From the IMG/VR virus record IMGVR_UViG_3300005941_000003, positions 62,001 through 126,000 of that record: a stretch of DNA of 64,000 nt, one strand, 5' to 3'. Positions 59,892 to 64,000 of the stretch are shown here, one piece after another. The translations under genes and the position numbers were made by a program. The notes under the pieces are model-generated. The model did no database searches. It was not told the origin of the DNA and saw nothing but the letters and a program-made list of their open reading frames with translations. Numbering within the stretch: position 1 is the first letter of the stretch; every line of letters starts with the position of its first letter.

Positions 59892-60488
59892 TTACCTCTC
59901 TCTTGCAAAGTCTCCAAATTGAATTGGATCTAAACTTATTTCATTGATATTAACATAATCAGGCTGGTTAATCAACCATAAAATAATTTCTGCGATGTAT
60001 TCCACATCTATAAGTTTTCTGTCTGGGTGCTTTTTCATAACACTAGATGTTGTCAAACTACCCGGAGAAATTAGCGTTGACTTAATATTAGAGCCACCTT
60101 GTGCGAGATATGTTAAGTCTCTGTTGTATACACTCAGTGCCTTCTTTTCAGTTGGATAACGCCATGTCCTACCTTTAACGCCTGTATCAGCAGTTGATCC
60201 CATGTGTATCAAATGACATTTATGTTTTGCTGCATTTGCTGCATTGTGAATTGTTTCTGCAAGCATAACTTGTTGAAACTTCCACAAGGCGGCATTATTG
60301 ATAAAGACATCAAACTTTTCTTCAACAAACAACTCAGCTAGACGTTTCTGATCTTCGTCACTGTCTAGATTATATCCATTCCCGCGGCTAATAGTGCGAT
60401 AACTAATATCGTCCACAGTATCAAAAAGATTACAAATAGCTTCGCAAAGCCCATAGTTTCTATTCCCTGTAATTAATACTTTTTTCAT
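59892..60488 (-). CDS. Short-chain dehydrogenase/reductase
   Basis: VLITGNRNYGL Rossmann start, FINNA, catalytic YxxxK (YPTEK), SPG. Confidence 0.8.
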   Translation of the reverse strand: MKKVLITGNRNYGLCEAICNLFDTVDDISYRTISRGNGYNLDSDEDQKRLAELFVEEKFDVFINNAALWKFQQVMLAETIHNAANAAKHKCHLIHMGSTADTGVKGRTWRYPTEKKALSVYNRDLTYLAQGGSNIKSTLISPGSLTTSSVMKKHPDRKLIDVEYIAEIILWLINQPDYVNINEISLDPIQFGDFARER

Positions 60489-60494
60489 AGTAAC

Positions 60495-61505
60495 TCACAA
60501 ATTGTTGTATATTTCAATTAGAACATTCTTATTGAATGAACCGTCTAGTGCGCTTAGTTGGGAAACTACAATTTGATCAATAGTTTCGAAATGTATTTCT
60601 GCACCATTATCTTCTGTGTGTTCAGAATTTTTGATAGGTTGTAGAGTCACATCGCGCAAATCGTATGTTGATATAAATGTATCTTTAATAAAGTTTGCTT
60701 CTTCGTAAGAGATATCAATATCAAGTGAAATTCTAGCACTTGTTTTTGGGAGAAGATATTTTGCTGGGTTATCCAGAAGACGCGACAATGTTATTGTCTT
60801 ATACTTAGGAGCATCTGGCCACACAAAAAATTCTGGTTCTTTGTCCCATTCTAGGAACATCCATCCTCGTTCATCATCCCATGCATCTGAAAAGTTGTGC
60901 GGGAATGCATTACCGATATAGATTACATTTCCTTTAACTTGACGTTGGTGAAAGTGTCCAGTGAACACATAGTCTTGGTGTTCGAACATATCAAGTTTAA
61001 GTCCGCCGTGATCTGGCATTTCTACCATTGCATTGAGTTTGAACGTTGGAAGTTCAAAGTGACCAAACATGTATTTTGATTTGATCTTTGGTACTTTCTT
61101 CCATTCATCGCCTACAACCCAACTTACTAAAGCAACATCCCCTTCAACTAATGTGTCTCTGATAAGATACACATTTTCCAGTTCATCGATAAACTCAATT
61201 GAGTTTACTTCTCGGCTTTCACGATAGTATAAATCGTGGTTACCAAGAATGACATAAACTTTTTCAAATGCTTTTGATAGTTTACGTAATCCTTGAATAC
61301 TGTATTTCATAGTTGAAATATTCAAACTAGCACGGTTGTGGTGCCAATCACCACCAAAGATGCAAGTTTCGCATCCTTTCTCTTGTGCTTGTTCAATAAA
61401 CCAGTCAACAAATGCATCACAATCTTCATTGTGTTGTCTTGCATTGTTTCGCATTCCATAATGAATGTCGGTGAAAACTGCCGCTTTCTTAAACAGATTG
61501 GTCAT
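60495..61505 (-). CDS. gp47: Recombination endonuclease nuclease subunit (gp47/SbcD/Mre11-like)
   Basis: FTDIHYG, GDWHH, LGNHD, GHFE, GHFH metallophosphoesterase motifs. Confidence 0.93.
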   Translation of the reverse strand: MTNLFKKAAVFTDIHYGMRNNARQHNEDCDAFVDWFIEQAQEKGCETCIFGGDWHHNRASLNISTMKYSIQGLRKLSKAFEKVYVILGNHDLYYRESREVNSIEFIDELENVYLIRDTLVEGDVALVSWVVGDEWKKVPKIKSKYMFGHFELPTFKLNAMVEMPDHGGLKLDMFEHQDYVFTGHFHQRQVKGNVIYIGNAFPHNFSDAWDDERGWMFLEWDKEPEFFVWPDAPKYKTITLSRLLDNPAKYLLPKTSARISLDIDISYEEANFIKDTFISTYDLRDVTLQPIKNSEHTEDNGAEIHFETIDQIVVSQLSALDGSFNKNVLIEIYNNL

Positions 61506-62367
61506 TGTCTGCGTAAATCTCTTTTATTGTTTCAGTTGGAATTGCATCGTCGGTAATCTTAGTATTTTTAACTTTATCCCAACGTTCTTTAGATTTCATT
61601 TCGTTTTCGAGTTGGCGAGTCCAACTTGGTGCTTGTCCTGCTTGTTCAAGTAAGTCGTCACGAAGTCCTTGATTTTTCTTTTCTAAGTTCAATACTCTTG
61701 TAAACGAGTTGTTAACAACTGCGGTAAAATACGCAAACGGGTTATCACTTTTATCTTCGTTAAACTGTAATCCAACTTGCGCCAATTGTAGCAGTGATTG
61801 TCCTCGCATTTCGTCAATATATGTGTAACCACGCCAATTTGAGCGTTGTGAATAACGTTCTACTAGCTTGATATACATGTTTGCCAATGTAGCGGTGATC
61901 TTGCCACTTGTCAAGTCGAATTCTTTATTTTTGTTATAGTGTGATATTCCAACACACTTCACTTGACCGTTTTCAACGATGTAATGTTGAAATGGAGGGA
62001 AGTTTAGTTTAACTTTATGATCTGCAACTGACTTTGGATTTGCTTTTCTACCTGGTTCATCTGGTATATGCTCATAAGTCATTACACGAAATACAAGTTC
62101 ATTTTCTTCAAATGAATCCGGATCTACCGCAAAATCTGCTTGTTTCTTTTTCTTATCTGTGTTTTCATCCCATGCTTCTTTTTGAAGTCGGGTTGCTCTA
62201 TTTTTTCTTGCTTCTTCAATTGATGGTATAATGTCATCAACTGAATGTAGAATTATGTCATGTTGTGAGTGCAAGGTGCGATCTTCAAACCAAGAGAAAT
62301 TTGATTTGGATGTGTGTATTTGCTTCAACATGTCTTTGTTGTTCAAATAATTTTGTCCACGGGCCAT
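61489..62367 (-). CDS. gp55: Late-transcription sigma factor (gp55-like)
   Basis: YLNNKDML, NWRGYTYIDEM, FNEDKSDNPFAYFT. Confidence 0.92.
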   Translation of the reverse strand: MARGQNYLNNKDMLKQIHTSKSNFSWFEDRTLHSQHDIILHSVDDIIPSIEEARKNRATRLQKEAWDENTDKKKKQADFAVDPDSFEENELVFRVMTYEHIPDEPGRKANPKSVADHKVKLNFPPFQHYIVENGQVKCVGISHYNKNKEFDLTSGKITATLANMYIKLVERYSQRSNWRGYTYIDEMRGQSLLQLAQVGLQFNEDKSDNPFAYFTAVVNNSFTRVLNLEKKNQGLRDDLLEQAGQAPSWTRQLENEMKSKERWDKVKNTKITDDAIPTETIKEIYADNDQSV

Positions 62368-62396
62368 AATATGGTTCTCCTAAATATATTACTTTC

Positions 62397-62425
62397 ATTA
62401 TACTTCCTCTAAACTTACATGTCAA
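62397..62425 (-). promoter_or_regulatory. Perfect sigma70 consensus promoter for the gp55-gp47-SDR-gp46 operon
   Basis: TTGACA-17-TATAAT on the minus strand. Confidence 0.8.
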
Positions 62426-62489
62426 CTGTTACTTTAACTTCGAACATTATAGCATGATAAATACATCAATAAGATGTAGGAGATTGTCC

Positions 62490-63056
62490 ATGAACCCATA
62501 TAAGGACACAGAACAAAACGTATACATTACAGACCCTAGCGGAAGACTTTCCGGTGGTGGATTAAACGTGTTTTTCTTTCCGTTCACACCTAACATATCT
62601 GTAATGAATACTGCAAACTATACTGCATACGAACTAACACATGCTAACTTCCAACAGCGAGTTTTTGACAGTGGTGCAAATGCTGAGATTAGTGTTACCG
62701 CACCAATGATTGTAAGAAATGAAGAAGAAGCAATGTCAGTTATGCAAGGTAGTAACTTCTTTAGAGCAGCAATGAAAATGGGTTTTGGAGAAAGTGATCC
62801 ACAAGCAGGTCTCCCACCGCCAATTTTACGTTTTTATGCATACGGCATTTATACAAATGTTCCAGTGGTCGTAACTAACTTTACATGGAACTTCGACAAT
62901 GATGTTGACTACGTTGAGTCTGGTTCAATACGAATACCGAAAGTAAGTACGTTTGTTCTTGGATTGGCGACAACATACGGTCCCAAGAATGTAAGACAAA
63001 ACTTTTCAATAGAAGCATACGCAAATGGAAGATTGAAGGGAAGAGGTTATGTATAA
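62490..63056 (+). CDS. Baseplate/tail-tube initiator-like protein
   Basis: FPFTPNI, GLPPPILRFYAYG..NVPVVVTNFTW..DNDVDY; late promoter at 62455-62464. Confidence 0.65.
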   Translation: MNPYKDTEQNVYITDPSGRLSGGGLNVFFFPFTPNISVMNTANYTAYELTHANFQQRVFDSGANAEISVTAPMIVRNEEEAMSVMQGSNFFRAAMKMGFGESDPQAGLPPPILRFYAYGIYTNVPVVVTNFTWNFDNDVDYVESGSIRIPKVSTFVLGLATTYGPKNVRQNFSIEAYANGRLKGRGYV

Positions 63057-63339
63057 AAGTAGTTCTCCTTGGTCACAGACCCCAATCCTTAAAAACAAAA
63101 TTCTGGATATACAAACAAAAAGATATATTCATAAAGATGATCTTGACGAAGAATACACTATACCTGCAAAGTATGAATATCGTCCTGATCTTCTGAGTTA
63201 TGAAAAATATGGAACAGCAAAATGGTGGTGGATTTTTGCTTTACGCAATCCAAACGAAATTATTGATCCTATTAACGATTTTGTTGCAGGTACTGTAATA
63301 CGCATACCATCAAAAAAGAATATAGATGAGATGAAATAA
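63049..63339 (+). CDS. gp53: Baseplate wedge protein (gp53-like, LysM-type)
   Basis: YRPDLLSYEKYG..WWWIFALRN..IIDP..GTVIRIP. Confidence 0.82.
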   Translation: MYKSSSPWSQTPILKNKILDIQTKRYIHKDDLDEEYTIPAKYEYRPDLLSYEKYGTAKWWWIFALRNPNEIIDPINDFVAGTVIRIPSKKNIDEMK

Positions 63340-63341
63340 AC

Positions 63342-64000
63342 ATGACAGTTCGTAACGTTAGAAACAATAACCCAGGTAACATTAGACTTAGTAGTACTGA
63401 GTGGGTTGGCGCAGTGCCGGGTAGCGACAGTTCATTCGTGACATTCGCGACACCGGAAGCAGGCGTTCGTGCGATGACCAAGAACCTTTACTCATATCAA
63501 AGTCGATATGGATTGGGTACTGTCAATGAAATGATATCTCGTTGGGCGCCACCCAATGAAAACAACACAACCGCATACGTAAACAGAGTTGCTGCGTCCA
63601 TGGGCGTTGATCCAAACCAAACTATCAATTTAAGAGATAACCCACAGTTAACAGAGCGTATGGTTTCTGTAATGATACGAGAAGAAGGCGGCGCGGAAGC
63701 AGCGAACTATTTTAGTCCTCATATTGCTCAAGGTGTTGTTGATGCAAACAGTTCAACAGTAACATATCCAACATCCACATCACCCGCACAAGTAGATCCT
63801 GCGGTGGCTGGTACTGAAGGATCAACAGGTGCGAGAAACTACAATTCTGCCGCAGACATAACTGCAATTGCTAGACCAGAAGATTTAGCCTCACTAGAAA
63901 GTTCTGTTTCGTGGTTACCGAACGCACTAGATGATTATGAAAATTATACTTACAATTTAGAATTGTTTTTAGTTGATCAACGTTCGGCAGCAGATTTCCT
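63342..64000 (+). CDS. Baseplate hub-type protein with an N-terminal RNNNPGN lysozyme-like domain (truncated)
   Basis: Hand translation MTVRNVRNNNPGNIR...FATPEAGVRAM...ISRWAPPNENNTTAY, then PNALDDYENYTYNLELF; runs off the window. Confidence 0.7.
   Translation, partial: MTVRNVRNNNPGNIRLSSTEWVGAVPGSDSSFVTFATPEAGVRAMTKNLYSYQSRYGLGTVNEMISRWAPPNENNTTAYVNRVAASMGVDPNQTINLRDNPQLTERMVSVMIREEGGAEAANYFSPHIAQGVVDANSSTVTYPTSTSPAQVDPAVAGTEGSTGARNYNSAADITAIARPEDLASLESSVSWLPNALDDYENYTYNLELFLVDQRSAADF

Overview
This window is a 64-kb core segment of a large T4-superfamily (jumbo-type) myovirus genome, read in the standard genetic code. It carries nucleotide metabolism genes (nrdA, nrdB, dNMP kinase) and recombination/replication genes (uvsY, uvsX, gp32 SSB, gp46/47, DNA ligase, Holliday-junction resolvase). 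It also has the late sigma factor gp55 and most of the morphogenesis module: terminase, portal, protease, scaffolds, major capsid, neck, sheath, tube, baseplate and a tape-measure-like protein. A 17-kb block encodes highly repetitive fibre proteins, and several accessory enzymes are scattered through the core (methyltransferase, nitroreductase, QueD, PhyH-like dioxygenase, Nudix, SDR). Early-type sigma70 promoters and a gp55-type late promoter motif (mostly TGATAAATAC) can be read directly from the sequence. The most interesting signals fall where the ORF track is empty. (1) A three-element -1 ribosomal frameshift site appears to fuse gp26 to a start-less gp51-like frame at about 54776. (2) Immediately downstream is a phased CTAATAT repeat array whose motif is shared with the 5' leader of the gp32 SSB gene. 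(3) That array is followed by about 420 nt of ORF-free sequence rich in G-U-containing stems and GNRA tetraloops, a candidate large ncRNA or origin RNA. (4) A stand-alone ~120-nt small RNA with its own promoter, terminator and CU-rich (anti-SD-like) loop lies between gp46 and the ligase. (5) A missed 59-aa SutA-like ORF is present. All gene identities come from motif recognition only; no database search or folding computation was run.
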